DNA of 64,000 nt, taken from positions 64,001 to 128,000 of the forward strand of contig CAWGMQ010000010.1 in NCBI GenBank assembly GCA_963823665.1, read 5' to 3'. The translations under genes were made by a program, and so were the position numbers. Origin of the DNA: an uncultured Planctomycetota bacterium (lineage in GTDB: Bacteria > Planctomycetota > Planctomycetia > Isosphaerales > Isosphaeraceae). Below the pieces are notes generated by a model that worked only from the letters and a program-made list of their open reading frames with translations, did not search any database and was not told the origin of the DNA. Positions 10,328 to 20,346 of the stretch are shown here, in pieces (positions within the stretch are counted from its first letter, which is position 1; each line of letters starts with the position of its first letter).

Positions 10328-11764
10328 GTGGCCATGAACAAGAACGCGCACCCAGGAATCCGAGAAGGCCGAGCTCGCAATGCACGTCGGGGCCCGCGAG
10401 ATCCCTCCGCCGCCGAGCCTGCACACGTTGCGCTCGCCGACCTGACGGCGGCGATTGCGCCGGAGGTGCTGCACCGTGTCCTGCGCGAGCACAAGTGGTT
10501 GGCGCCGTCGATTGCGCTGGCCTTGCGCTCTCGTGCCCGAACATCGGCGGTGTGGCGCGCGTCGATCGGCCGCAGCCTGAGCGCTTTAGTGCGATGGTGG
10601 GGCTGGATCGAGCCACTGCGGCTGGGCCAGATCGAACAGCAACTGCTTCTGGCGTGCCTGCTCGATTCCGCGGAGCTCAATGCCGTCGCCCGGCTCTGGG
10701 CGCAGCGAGCGAGACTCCGCGCCGATAGCCTGGTGCCGGTCGGCGACGCGCCGAACTGGACTGCTCGCGCTGAGGGACTCAAGCGCTGGACCCAAGGCCG
10801 AGCGGTGAGCGCCGATCCGTGGATGCTTTTTCCCGCATGGCTGCGAAAAGAGCTCCCGGTGCCCCCGGGCGTTGCCAGTCCCAAGCTGCGCCGCCTCGAG
10901 TTTCTGGCGGTGCTTCAGACCCGTCCGCCGCTCTGGCTTGGTGCTCGAGGCTGCAACGAAGACACCGTTTGGGCGGTATTGCGAGAGACCGGCTTGAAGC
11001 CGTGGATCCATCGCCGCGTTCCGAGTGCCGCCAAGCTTTCGCCGGAGACTGACCTCGCTCAGCTCGACGACTATCGCGCGGGACGTATCGTCGCGCAGGA
11101 CCTGGCATCACAAGCGGTGGCACTCGTCTGTGACCCGGATCCCGGTGAGCGCTGGTGGGATTCAAGCGGCGAAGGCGGCCTGCATGCGCAGCACCTCGCC
11201 TCAATCATGCAAGGCAAGGGCGTGGTGGTATCGACGTTTGATCAGCCGCGACGGCGGGAGGAGGCAGCCCTCCGTCTGCGGGGCGGTCCGCTGCACAACA
11301 TTTCGACTCGTGTCTGGGACGGCCGCCACGTTCCCGGAAAGTCGGCGACTTACGACGGCGTCGTGTCGGGTGGTGAAAGCTCGGCCGTGGGGAGCTGGCG
11401 AAGGCACCCCGATGCGCGATGGACGGTCACCGCTGAGCACATACCCGAGCTGGTCGCGCGGCAGTTGAAGAGCCTCGCCCGCGCAAGCGAAGGTGTGCGG
11501 CCAGGCGGCACGCTGGTGTACACCGTTGCGACGGTGACCCGGAGCGAAACGGTCGAAGTCGTACAAGCTTTTCTGGGTGCTCATCCCGAGTTCGGGCTCG
11601 AGCCGTTTCCGCACCCGCTCGAAGAAGGCAGCACGGGCGGCATGCTTCAGATCTGGCCGCAAGCGCACGACTGCGAGGCGCGGTTCATCGCACGGATGGT
11701 CCGGCGGGCGGGCTCGCGACCTCAAGCCGACGCAGAGACTGCTGTGGTCGCCGCGGAGTCGTGA
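10328..11764 (+). CDS. RsmB/NOP-family RNA methyltransferase-like protein, catalytic motifs degenerate
   Basis: G.IVAQDLASQAVALVCDPDPGE, GSWRRHPDARW and VRPGGTLVY...ETVEVVQAFL motifs. The DAPC and TC cysteines are missing. Confidence 0.75.
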   Translation: MAMNKNAHPGIREGRARNARRGPRDPSAAEPAHVALADLTAAIAPEVLHRVLREHKWLAPSIALALRSRARTSAVWRASIGRSLSALVRWWGWIEPLRLGQIEQQLLLACLLDSAELNAVARLWAQRARLRADSLVPVGDAPNWTARAEGLKRWTQGRAVSADPWMLFPAWLRKELPVPPGVASPKLRRLEFLAVLQTRPPLWLGARGCNEDTVWAVLRETGLKPWIHRRVPSAAKLSPETDLAQLDDYRAGRIVAQDLASQAVALVCDPDPGERWWDSSGEGGLHAQHLASIMQGKGVVVSTFDQPRRREEAALRLRGGPLHNISTRVWDGRHVPGKSATYDGVVSGGESSAVGSWRRHPDARWTVTAEHIPELVARQLKSLARASEGVRPGGTLVYTVATVTRSETVEVVQAFLGAHPEFGLEPFPHPLEEGSTGGMLQIWPQAHDCEARFIARMVRRAGSRPQADAETAVVAAES

Positions 11765-11827
11765 GCGCGATGCCTGCAGGTGTCAGCGTGGGCGAAGCGT
11801 TTGCGAGGCGAGTAGAGGATCACTTTC

Positions 11828-14002
11828 ATGACAGGCTCATGCCGCCTGGTTGCGACGTATGCAGTCTTCTGGTGCTTGGCCGGCGTTGGCGAAGCAACTG
11901 CGCATGCCCAACAGCCGCCGGTCGATCTCTCCGGCTACCGCGCCGATAGCGGCGTCGCCGTTTCGAATGCCGGCAATCGTTTGACGGTCGAGTGGCCGAT
12001 GGAAACGGAGCGCGGCCGGCTCATGCTCGACTTGACCGCTGGACGCCCGCTGATCGCTTCCATGTCCGTCGGTACGGGCGACGGCCGAGATTTCCGGCCC
12101 GTGCTCGAGGCAGCCGATCCCGAGTGCTTCCTCGTGGTTGGCTCGCGGAACGCGCCCGAGGGGCGTCCTCCCGGCATGAGCGTCTTCAATGTTTTCTTCG
12201 ATGCACCGGCCAAGCGGCCGTTTGATTCCTATCGCGCACGACTCGACTTGAAACGTGTGCGCGTGAAGTCGACAGGGCGGGCCGTGACGGTTGCGATCGG
12301 CAACGTTTCGGCCGGCCCATTCTCGGGGGAGCTTCGTTTCCACGTTTATGTCGGCGCGCGTCTGATCCATGTGGAGACGGTGATCCAAACGGACGAGGAT
12401 CGCCGCGCCATTCTGTACGATGCCGGGCTCGCGCTCAATTCGCCTGGCAAGCTGCGATTTGCCTGGATCGACATCGAAGGAAAGCAGCTTACAGCGGAGC
12501 CCGCTGCGACCATCAAGGATCAGCACCTGGCTGTCCGCCACCGGACTCTGATCGCGGAATCGGACTCCGGCTCGATCGCGTGCTTTCCTCCACCGCACCA
12601 GTATTTCTTCCCGAGAGACCTGACCGACAACCTGAAGACAGTCTGGTACGGGCGCGATCATCGCGGGCTGGAGGAGCGGTTTGGCTTCGGAATCCGGCAG
12701 GCGGAGCAGGGGGGAGGGTCCTTCGTCCCGTGGTTCAATGCGCCGCCGCACACAGAACAGCGCCTTGGTGTTTTCTATCTGCTCACCGGCGGCAATGCGG
12801 AGAAGGCACTCGAGCAGACTCTCCGCTACACGAACAGCGACCGGTTTCCCAGGCTGCGCGGATATCACACGCTCAGCAGCCACTGGCACATGGCTGTCGC
12901 CGACGCGGCTCTCAAGCGAAAGAAAGGGGGCGCTCCGCCCGCAGCGCCGGACTTCGTGCAAATGTTCAAGGGGCTGGGGGTCGAAATGGTGCATCTGGCC
13001 GAATTTCACGGCGACGGTCACCCCCGAGATCCCGGCCCCGTTCGGCTGGCGGAATTGCAAGCGATGTTCCAGGAATGCAATCGCCTCTCGGACGAAGAAA
13101 TCCTGTTCCTGCCGGGGGAAGAGGCGAACTCTTACCTGGGAAACGCACGCCCCGGCAAAGAGGCCGGTCACTGGATGTACCTGTTTCCGAAACCTGTCTA
13201 CTGGACGACGGATCGCAGCCACGGGCAGGCCTTCACCGAGGACATCCCCCCGTACGGACAGGTCTATCATGTCGGCTTGGGCGACGATATGCAGAACCTG
13301 CTTGAACGCGAGGGCGGCCTGATCTGGACTTCCCACGCACGCATCAAAGGATCGAGCTGGACGCCCGACGTGTACCGCAACTCACGGCTCTTCAAATCCG
13401 ACAACTGGCTGGGGGCCGCGTGGAAAGCCATGCCGGCCGATCTCTCGCACGAACAGCTCGGCCGCCGCGTGCTGGACCTGATGGACGACATGGCCAACTG
13501 GGGCGAGGCCAAGTACGTGCTGGGAGAGGTCGATGTTTTCAAGCTGGACCATACTCACGAGCTCTATGGTCATATGAACGTAAACTACGTTCGTCTCGAG
13601 CCCGACATTCTGCCGAAGTTCTCCGATGGCTGGGGCTCGATCCTCGAGAGCCTGCGCCTGGGCCAGTTCTTCGTGACAACGGGCGAGGTGCTCATCCCGG
13701 ACTTTCGAGTGAATGGCAAGCCGAGCGGGTCAGGCCTGGTCGTGAAGCCGGCGGAGAAGGCCCTAATCCGCGTGGATCTGAGCTGGACGTTTCCGTTGCG
13801 GTCGGTCGAATTGATCTCGGGCGATGGCTTCAAGGTTTTCCGCGAGCGAATCGATTGCTCTGACGCCGGGCCGTTCGAGAAACGAACGATGCAACTTTCT
13901 CGTGAGTTGCAGGGGCGCACCTGGGTGCGCCTGGAAGCGTGGGATATCGCCGGCAATGGCGCTTTCACCCAGCCGGTGTGGCTCGGTTCATCGGTTCGAT
14001 GA
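11828..14002 (+). CDS. Exported hypothetical protein with a PHP-like metallohydrolase C-terminal half
   Basis: Signal-peptide-like N-terminus. His/Glu motifs SSHWH, LAEFHGDGH, PGEE, GHW and WTSHARIK; C-terminal WVRLEAWD..GNGAFTQPVW. Confidence 0.6.
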   Translation: MTGSCRLVATYAVFWCLAGVGEATAHAQQPPVDLSGYRADSGVAVSNAGNRLTVEWPMETERGRLMLDLTAGRPLIASMSVGTGDGRDFRPVLEAADPECFLVVGSRNAPEGRPPGMSVFNVFFDAPAKRPFDSYRARLDLKRVRVKSTGRAVTVAIGNVSAGPFSGELRFHVYVGARLIHVETVIQTDEDRRAILYDAGLALNSPGKLRFAWIDIEGKQLTAEPAATIKDQHLAVRHRTLIAESDSGSIACFPPPHQYFFPRDLTDNLKTVWYGRDHRGLEERFGFGIRQAEQGGGSFVPWFNAPPHTEQRLGVFYLLTGGNAEKALEQTLRYTNSDRFPRLRGYHTLSSHWHMAVADAALKRKKGGAPPAAPDFVQMFKGLGVEMVHLAEFHGDGHPRDPGPVRLAELQAMFQECNRLSDEEILFLPGEEANSYLGNARPGKEAGHWMYLFPKPVYWTTDRSHGQAFTEDIPPYGQVYHVGLGDDMQNLLEREGGLIWTSHARIKGSSWTPDVYRNSRLFKSDNWLGAAWKAMPADLSHEQLGRRVLDLMDDMANWGEAKYVLGEVDVFKLDHTHELYGHMNVNYVRLEPDILPKFSDGWGSILESLRLGQFFVTTGEVLIPDFRVNGKPSGSGLVVKPAEKALIRVDLSWTFPLRSVELISGDGFKVFRERIDCSDAGPFEKRTMQLSRELQGRTWVRLEAWDIAGNGAFTQPVWLGSSVR

Positions 14003-15966
14003 TTTCGAAATGGGAGCCTCTTCGGGCACCGTCTCCTCGTCGCCCTGTCGCGCGGCTTTCTCCTGATCGACATTTCGGGGGGATCGGCCCTCGCCCGGCC
14101 TCGGCTCACGCACGACGCCGCCGGCGCGAATCAACCGCTGCACCGGCTCCTGGCGATGGTCAAACCCGGGAGTTCCATCAGGAATATCCATGCCGCCGAG
14201 GCTGAAGACAGAATCCGGCAGGTTCACGGCTCCGTTAACCCGCAGGTTCCGAACGCTCAGATCGACCTCCTTCACGGGTTTCATGTCGACGCCGAAGTAT
14301 GATGTCTTGACCTGATGAATCGGATACCAGACTGCGGAGAGCTTTTGCCACTGCGCACTTCGAGCTCGAGCGAGACGAGCCATTTTCCTGCCCGCATTTG
14401 ACCGGAGCGCAATCGGGTGGGTAGCCAATCCACGGCCTTATCGCAGGTGATTTCCACACGGAAGTCGTTGTCGGCGCGCAGGAAACGCAGCAGCACAGTT
14501 CCCCCTGCTTCCTCGGATTCGATTGTCCCGCAGCTCTCCGCGAGCTGCCGCAGCGTGGCGGAATCCTGACAAAACGGTTCCGCGTAATGCAGCAGCGGGT
14601 CGAGGTAACGCAACTGCGCATGACCCCCTCGCTCCCATTCTGCGGCGGAACGGGGCGGATTCGTCACGGTGAGCAAGAGACCCCATGTGGAGTCTTGCTG
14701 GGTGTATGCGAACACGTCGCGGGAACGAACGACGCTCTGGACCCAGGGTTTCTTGTAGAAGAGCCTCCGGCCATCGGGTGCAAGTTTGCCCTCCGGATGA
14801 TGGTCGTACCGTACGATCCCGTCCTTCCAGTAGACGGTACCGTGAGAAAAGCCGCGGTCGACGCTTCTTAGCTTCCCGGACGCATCGAGGGGAAGTTCCG
14901 GGGTTTCATTCTTCAGGTCGTAGTCAAAGATCAGGCGGTGGAGCGAGGCAAAGTTCGAAGTGGCAGAAGCACCGCACCGCTTGAGCCGCTCTTTCGTGGC
15001 CTCGTTGGCGTTCCGCAATTCGTCCACCCAAGCCCAGTCATCGCCGATCGCGCCGGAGAATCGAGACGTCCCTGGGCCTGCCCTTCGCCAAGCACGGGCG
15101 GCTCCGCCGGCGGCGACGGTGACCGCGCCGAGAGACAAGCATACGATCATCGAGATAGCCATCCCTTTGGATGTGAGCTTCGCAAGCAACATGGTCTTGA
15201 GCATTCCGTGCGTTAGCGTCGCGAGGTACGCCGGCAGAATGCCTGCAAGGTTGCTACCGGCCGCGAATTGGGCCGCCGCGCGGGCCGTTTTGGCGATGAG
15301 CGCAGGCGGAACGAACATGGCAGTTTTGTCGCGCGGCGGATCGGCGTCCGAAGGATTCAAGCCGCGGCGCGCAAGTCGGCTCCTCAGCAGGCTGCGACCC
15401 CGTACCAGCCGGCTCGAAACCGTGCCGACGGGCACGCCGAGGATCCGCGCGGCTTCCTTGTGGGTTTTTTCCTCGAGGTCGCAGAGGACCACCGCGGCGC
15501 GGAACGAAGCCGGAAGACGGCTCAGCTCTTCGTCGAGGGCCGACATGATTTCGTCGTCCTTCCCGTCAACGGTGACGTTGTCGCGGAGCCTTTCCTTCAT
15601 CTGTGCCTCCCGTTCTCGGCGGCGGATGGTGCTTGCGCGGAGCTCCCGGGCAGAGCGGACCGCGACACCATAAAGCCAGTTCGCCAGCGATTCGCGCCGG
15701 GCGATGCCTTTGGCCTTGCGGGCCAGTACCAGGAACGTGACCTGGAACGCGTCCTCAGCGTCGTTGGGCTCGGACAGGATCCGGCGGCAGACGCGAAGAA
15801 CCATCGGGCCATGGCGTGCGACAACCGCCGCGAACGCGTTCTCTGCCTCGGCGCCCCGCCGCGCCACGAAACGCTCCAGCAACTCGGCATCACTGTCCGC
15901 CCCGGTCGTGCCGAGATGGAACAGCGTCTGAATGTCCCGTATCACCGTGCTTGCCCCGATCGCCAT
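13988..15966 (-). CDS. Planctomycete-type ECF sigma factor with TM helix and extracytoplasmic C-terminal extension (frameshift near 14360)
   Basis: SDAELLERF...[21 protein letters not shown]...[16 protein letters not shown]; region 4 [22 protein letters not shown] segment [17 protein letters not shown]. The tail continues in ORF 13988..14428. Confidence 0.85.
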
Positions 15967-16133
15967 GACTTTGTCCTTCGTCGGCAGACGTCTCCGATCT
16001 CCGCTATGTACTGGGACGGTCGGGGCGAATTCATCCCGATTTCTTCAATTTGGGCTACGGATTTGCGCCCCCGCCGCTCGGAGCATCGTTGGGCGACGGC
16101 AGGCGGCTTGGACTCCTTCCGGAATTCGATCGC

Positions 16134-17162
16134 CTACTGTGAGAGCTGATAGTAGGCGAGCCTCTCCTTGCCTGCCTCCAGATCCTCGGGGTTCTCGAAC
16201 AGCCCGTTGGCCTTGTTTTGCCATTTCGCGGCTGACGCGAAGTCACCCGACTCGGCGCAGGCGCCCGCTAGCGTCTCCATGAATGCCGGAACTTTCCAGT
16301 CGGAAAGTTCGCACGCGAGGTTCGCCGACTCGACGGCCCGTTCGGCGTCGCGGAACGCCGGGTCGGCCGAAAATGTCCAGATCCAGGCGATCGAGTTATG
16401 CGCGTAGGCGTTGCCGGGGTCGAGCCGGATCGCCTGGGACAGATCTGCGATGGCCTTGTCATATTCGTCGTTTTCCAGGAAGGCGCTGCCGCGATGGATG
16501 TAGGCCCCGGCGTCATCTGGCGCAAGCCGGATGGCCTCGTTGTAGTCGGCGAAGGCTTTGTCGCGCTCGTGCTTCTTGTGCCAGGCGTAGCCTCGCGCGT
16601 AAAACGCGTTTGCGTATCCCGGGTTGAGCCGGATGGCCTGGTTGCAATCGGCGATGGCCTTGTCGAGCTCTTCTTTTTCACGATAGGCGTTTCCGCGCGC
16701 GCACCAGGCCTCGGCATCTGCCGGTTTGAGCCGGATGGCACCCGTGTAATCGGCGATTGCCCTGTCCATTTCGTTCCTCTCGAAGTAGAGACCGCCGCGG
16801 TTCATGTAAGCCGCGGCGTACTTCGGATTGCGTCTGATGGTCTCCGAGTAATCGGCGATCGCCTGGTCGGGTTGTTTCTGCTGGCCCCGGACGTAACCGC
16901 GTGCGAATCGCGCGTCATCGTAGTTCGGATCGAGCCGGATGGCCTCGCTGAAGTCGGCGATTGCGCGATCGAATTCGCCCTTCATGGCCGACGAATGGCC
17001 GCGGGGGTAATAGTAGGACCGGGCCATCACAGGTCCAAACGCCACGCGGACCGAGCCGTACACGATTGCGACGACGAGCGCAATCGCAGCAATCACCACC
17101 GCGATAACGGTCAGGCGGAATCGCCATCGCGCGTCGTCGTCGTCCTGAGGTAGACCTTCCAT
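16134..17162 (-). CDS. Membrane-anchored TPR-repeat protein
   Basis: N-terminal TM helix (LTVIAVVIAAIALVVAIVY), about 6 TPRs, and the same C-terminal module as the protein at 3..1487. Confidence 0.9.
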   Translation of the reverse strand: MEGLPQDDDDARWRFRLTVIAVVIAAIALVVAIVYGSVRVAFGPVMARSYYYPRGHSSAMKGEFDRAIADFSEAIRLDPNYDDARFARGYVRGQQKQPDQAIADYSETIRRNPKYAAAYMNRGGLYFERNEMDRAIADYTGAIRLKPADAEAWCARGNAYREKEELDKAIADCNQAIRLNPGYANAFYARGYAWHKKHERDKAFADYNEAIRLAPDDAGAYIHRGSAFLENDEYDKAIADLSQAIRLDPGNAYAHNSIAWIWTFSADPAFRDAERAVESANLACELSDWKVPAFMETLAGACAESGDFASAAKWQNKANGLFENPEDLEAGKERLAYYQLSQ

Positions 17163-17266
17163 CTCGCATTCCCTGATGACGGGGCCGACGGTCTCCGTGA
17201 TGACGATGATCAACCGTGATCATACCCGCGCGGTTCTGCAAGGTCAGCCCGGTGGTCCGGTATGGT

Positions 17267-18899
17267 TCAAGTCGCGTCGGGTCGTTTCAGGCGACCAGCC
17301 TGGTCGAAATCGGCGTTCGCTTTCTCGTGCTCCCCGATCTGGTTGTAGAGGTTGCCGCGATTGACATAGGAATCGGCGTCGCCCGGCGCGATCCGGATGG
17401 CTGCGGTGAAGTCTGCGATCGCCTTCATATACTCAAGCTTGCGGGCCCAGACCCAGGCACGGATGCTGTAGGCGCGGGCGTCATCGGGGGCGATCCGGAT
17501 CGCTTCGGTGCAGTCGCCTGCGGCCTTCTCGAATTCGCTCTTGCTCGCCCAGGCGTAGGCACGGCTGATGTAAGAGAGCACGTCGTGCCGATCGAGCCGT
17601 ATGGCTTCGGTGAGATCAGCGATGGCTTTGTCGAATCTTCTCTTCTCATTCCACGTGTAGCCGCGGCATTGGTATGCATGGGCGTCATCGGGGTCAATTC
17701 GAATGGCCTTTGCACAATCGGCGATGGCCTCGCGGAACTTCTTCTGGTCGTACAACGCCTTCCCTCGGCGCGAATAGGCTTGCGCAGGTGGGATCGATCC
17801 GGATCGCCTCGGTGAAGTCTGCAATGGCCAATCCACACTCGTCTCGACCGTGCCAGACATGCCCGCGCCAGAGATATGCATGAACGTATCCGGGTTCGAG
17901 CAGAATCGCGGCGGTGAAATCAGCAATGGCTTTTTCGGGCGCGTGGCTCTCTGCCCACGCGCAGCCGCGAACGAAATAAGCGTATGCGAGGTTGGGATCA
18001 AGGCGTATGGCCTCGCTGAAGTCCATTATCGCCTCGGCATACTCCCCCTCCTGTGCCCGCACGCAGCCGCGCCCGGCGTATCCATACGGTTCGTTGGGAC
18101 CGAGTCGGATGGCTTCGTTGAAATCGACAATGGCTTTGTCGATGGCTTTCTTCTGACTCCAGACGTACCCGCGGCACGCGAACGCGAACGTGTCCTGGCG
18201 ATCAATCCGGATTGCCTCCTCGCAATCGGCAAACGCCTTGTCGAGCTCTTTCTGCTCGTGCCAGGCGTGGGCGCGGGAGCAGTAGGCGGGTACGTTCCTC
18301 GGGTCGAGCCGGATTGCTTCGGTGAAGTCAGTGATCGCCTTGTCCAACACGCCTCTCTCCTGCCAGGCCAGGCCACGGTACAAGAAGGCGCGGGCTCAGC
18401 GCGGATCGAGCACAATCGCGGTCGTGTAATCGGCGATTGCGTTGTCGACTTCCTTCTTATCCGTCCACAAGAGCCCCCGCATCAAGAAAGGGAATGCATC
18501 TTTCGGATCGCCGCGAATGCCCATGGTGAAAAAGTCAACTGCCTCTTCAACCGCAACAACCTGGTCGGCCGCGGTCCAGCCACGCAACCCGCGCCGCTCG
18601 GCTTTGAGCAAGAGCGCTCCGCCCTCGACCTGTTCGACGACGTAGATCCGAACTGGTGCCTCAGTCGATGCGGCGGGACGATCGTCCGATTCGAGCACGA
18701 AGTCGTTCGATCGCTGCACGACGCGCTTGAATAACCAACCACCATTCTCCCCGCTGCAATCCGGATCCGCGGCCAGCCGCGAACGCGCCAACTCGACAGC
18801 CGCAGGAATCACGCGCTTGGGGATCGCTGCATGCCGCCCGGACCATCGCGCGACCAGATCCGTCACCAGGTTCCAGCCCGCCAATCTGCTCAGAGACAT
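17267..18899 (-). pseudogene. TPR-repeat protein interrupted by an in-frame TGA (18396-18398) and a frameshift (~17785)
   Basis: ORFs 18396..18899 and 17694..18383 are in the same frame (LDPR*ARAFLYRG). TPRs continue in frame 17267..18001 after IRIDPTC. Confidence 0.75.
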
Positions 18900-18907
18900 T
18901 CGCCACC

Positions 18908-20302
18908 TCAGGCGATGACGTCTTTCAGAACCTTCCCCTTCACATCCGTCAGCCGCATTGCGCGGCCCGCATAGCGATACGTCAGCCGCTCGTGGTCAAG
19001 GCCCAGGAGACTCAATATCGTCGCATGCCAGTCGTGCACGTGTACAGGGTTCTCGACCGCCTCGTATCCATAGTCGTCCGTGCGTCCATACGATAGCCCG
19101 CCCTTCACACCGCCTCCTGCCATCCACAGGGAATAGCCCTTGTTGTTGTGGTCGCGGCCGTCGCCGTTCTGGGCGTGCGGCGTGCGCCCGAACTCGCCGC
19201 CCCAGATCACCAGCGTGTCGTTCAGGAGCCCGCGGTTCTTCAGGTCCGTGAGCAGCCCGGCAATCGGCTTGTCGACTGCCCGGGCGTGCCGCCCGTGGTC
19301 GGCCTTCAGGTTCCGGTGCTGGTCCCAATCGCCGTGGGAGAGCTCCACGAACCGCACGCCCGCTTCGACGAACCGTCGCGCCAGCAGGCACTGGCGGCCG
19401 AAGTCCGCGGTATCCTCGTCGTCAATTCCATACAGTGCCTGGGTCGCACTTGATTCGTTCGCCAGGTCCATCACACCGGGAAGAGCACCCTGCATCCGGA
19501 ACGCCAGCTCAAATGACTCGATCACTCCCTCGACACCAGGCTGCACCTTCTCTCGCGCGAGCAACTCCCGGTTCATCGCCTGCATCAGATCGAGCTGCAT
19601 CCGCTGCGATGCAATATCGAGCCGCGCATTCTTGATGTTGCCCAGCTCCGCGCTTGAGACCGGCGCCGCCTCGTTGCCGATCCGCGTGCCCTGGTAAATC
19701 GCCGGCAGAAACGCGCTGCCATAGTTCTGCGGACCGCCGTTGCGAGCGACCGGCTTGATGGCGATGAAGCCGGGCAGGTCCTGATTTTCAGTTCCCAGAC
19801 CGTAAAGGGTCCACGCGCCGAGCGACGGCCGCAGAAGCTGGGAATGCCCCGTGTGCATCATCAAATAGGCTTGAGGATGGGCTGGTAAGTCGGTGTGCAT
19901 GCTGCGGATCACACAAAGCTCGTCGGCGTGACCGGCGACCTCGGGAAAGAGCTCCGAGACCCACTGGCCGCTTTGTCCATGCTGCTTGAATTCCCACGGC
20001 GAGCCCAGCAGCTTCGCGCCGAGCAGCCGGCCGTTCGTCGACGGTTTGCCGGTATCGGCAGCAAGCCTCGGCTTGAAGTCGAACGTGTCCACGTGCGACG
20101 GCGCCCCATGCATGCACAAGAAGATCACTCGTTTTGCCCTCGCCGGAAAATGCGGCGGCTTGGGCGCAAGCGGCGAGCTTCCGCGAGGCACGTCGCCGGC
20201 TGATGCCAGCGAAGAAAGCCCGGCGAAGGCAACGTACCCGAACCCCGATGACACGGTCTTCAAGAGCGAGCGGCGCGATAGAATGAAATTAGGCTCATAC
20301 AT
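18908..20302 (-). CDS. DUF1501 domain protein (Tat-like leader)
   Basis: SRRSLLK leader; KRVIFLCMHGAPSHVDTFDFKP, FGRQCLLARRFVEAGVRFVE, WGGEFGRTP, GRDHN and HVHDWHATIL motifs. Confidence 0.95.
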   Translation of the reverse strand: MYEPNFILSRRSLLKTVSSGFGYVAFAGLSSLASAGDVPRGSSPLAPKPPHFPARAKRVIFLCMHGAPSHVDTFDFKPRLAADTGKPSTNGRLLGAKLLGSPWEFKQHGQSGQWVSELFPEVAGHADELCVIRSMHTDLPAHPQAYLMMHTGHSQLLRPSLGAWTLYGLGTENQDLPGFIAIKPVARNGGPQNYGSAFLPAIYQGTRIGNEAAPVSSAELGNIKNARLDIASQRMQLDLMQAMNRELLAREKVQPGVEGVIESFELAFRMQGALPGVMDLANESSATQALYGIDDEDTADFGRQCLLARRFVEAGVRFVELSHGDWDQHRNLKADHGRHARAVDKPIAGLLTDLKNRGLLNDTLVIWGGEFGRTPHAQNGDGRDHNNKGYSLWMAGGGVKGGLSYGRTDDYGYEAVENPVHVHDWHATILSLLGLDHERLTYRYAGRAMRLTDVKGKVLKDVIA

Positions 20303-20346
20303 GGTGAACGTGTCCTCTTGATGGATAGTAATGGCTCGCGGCCCCG

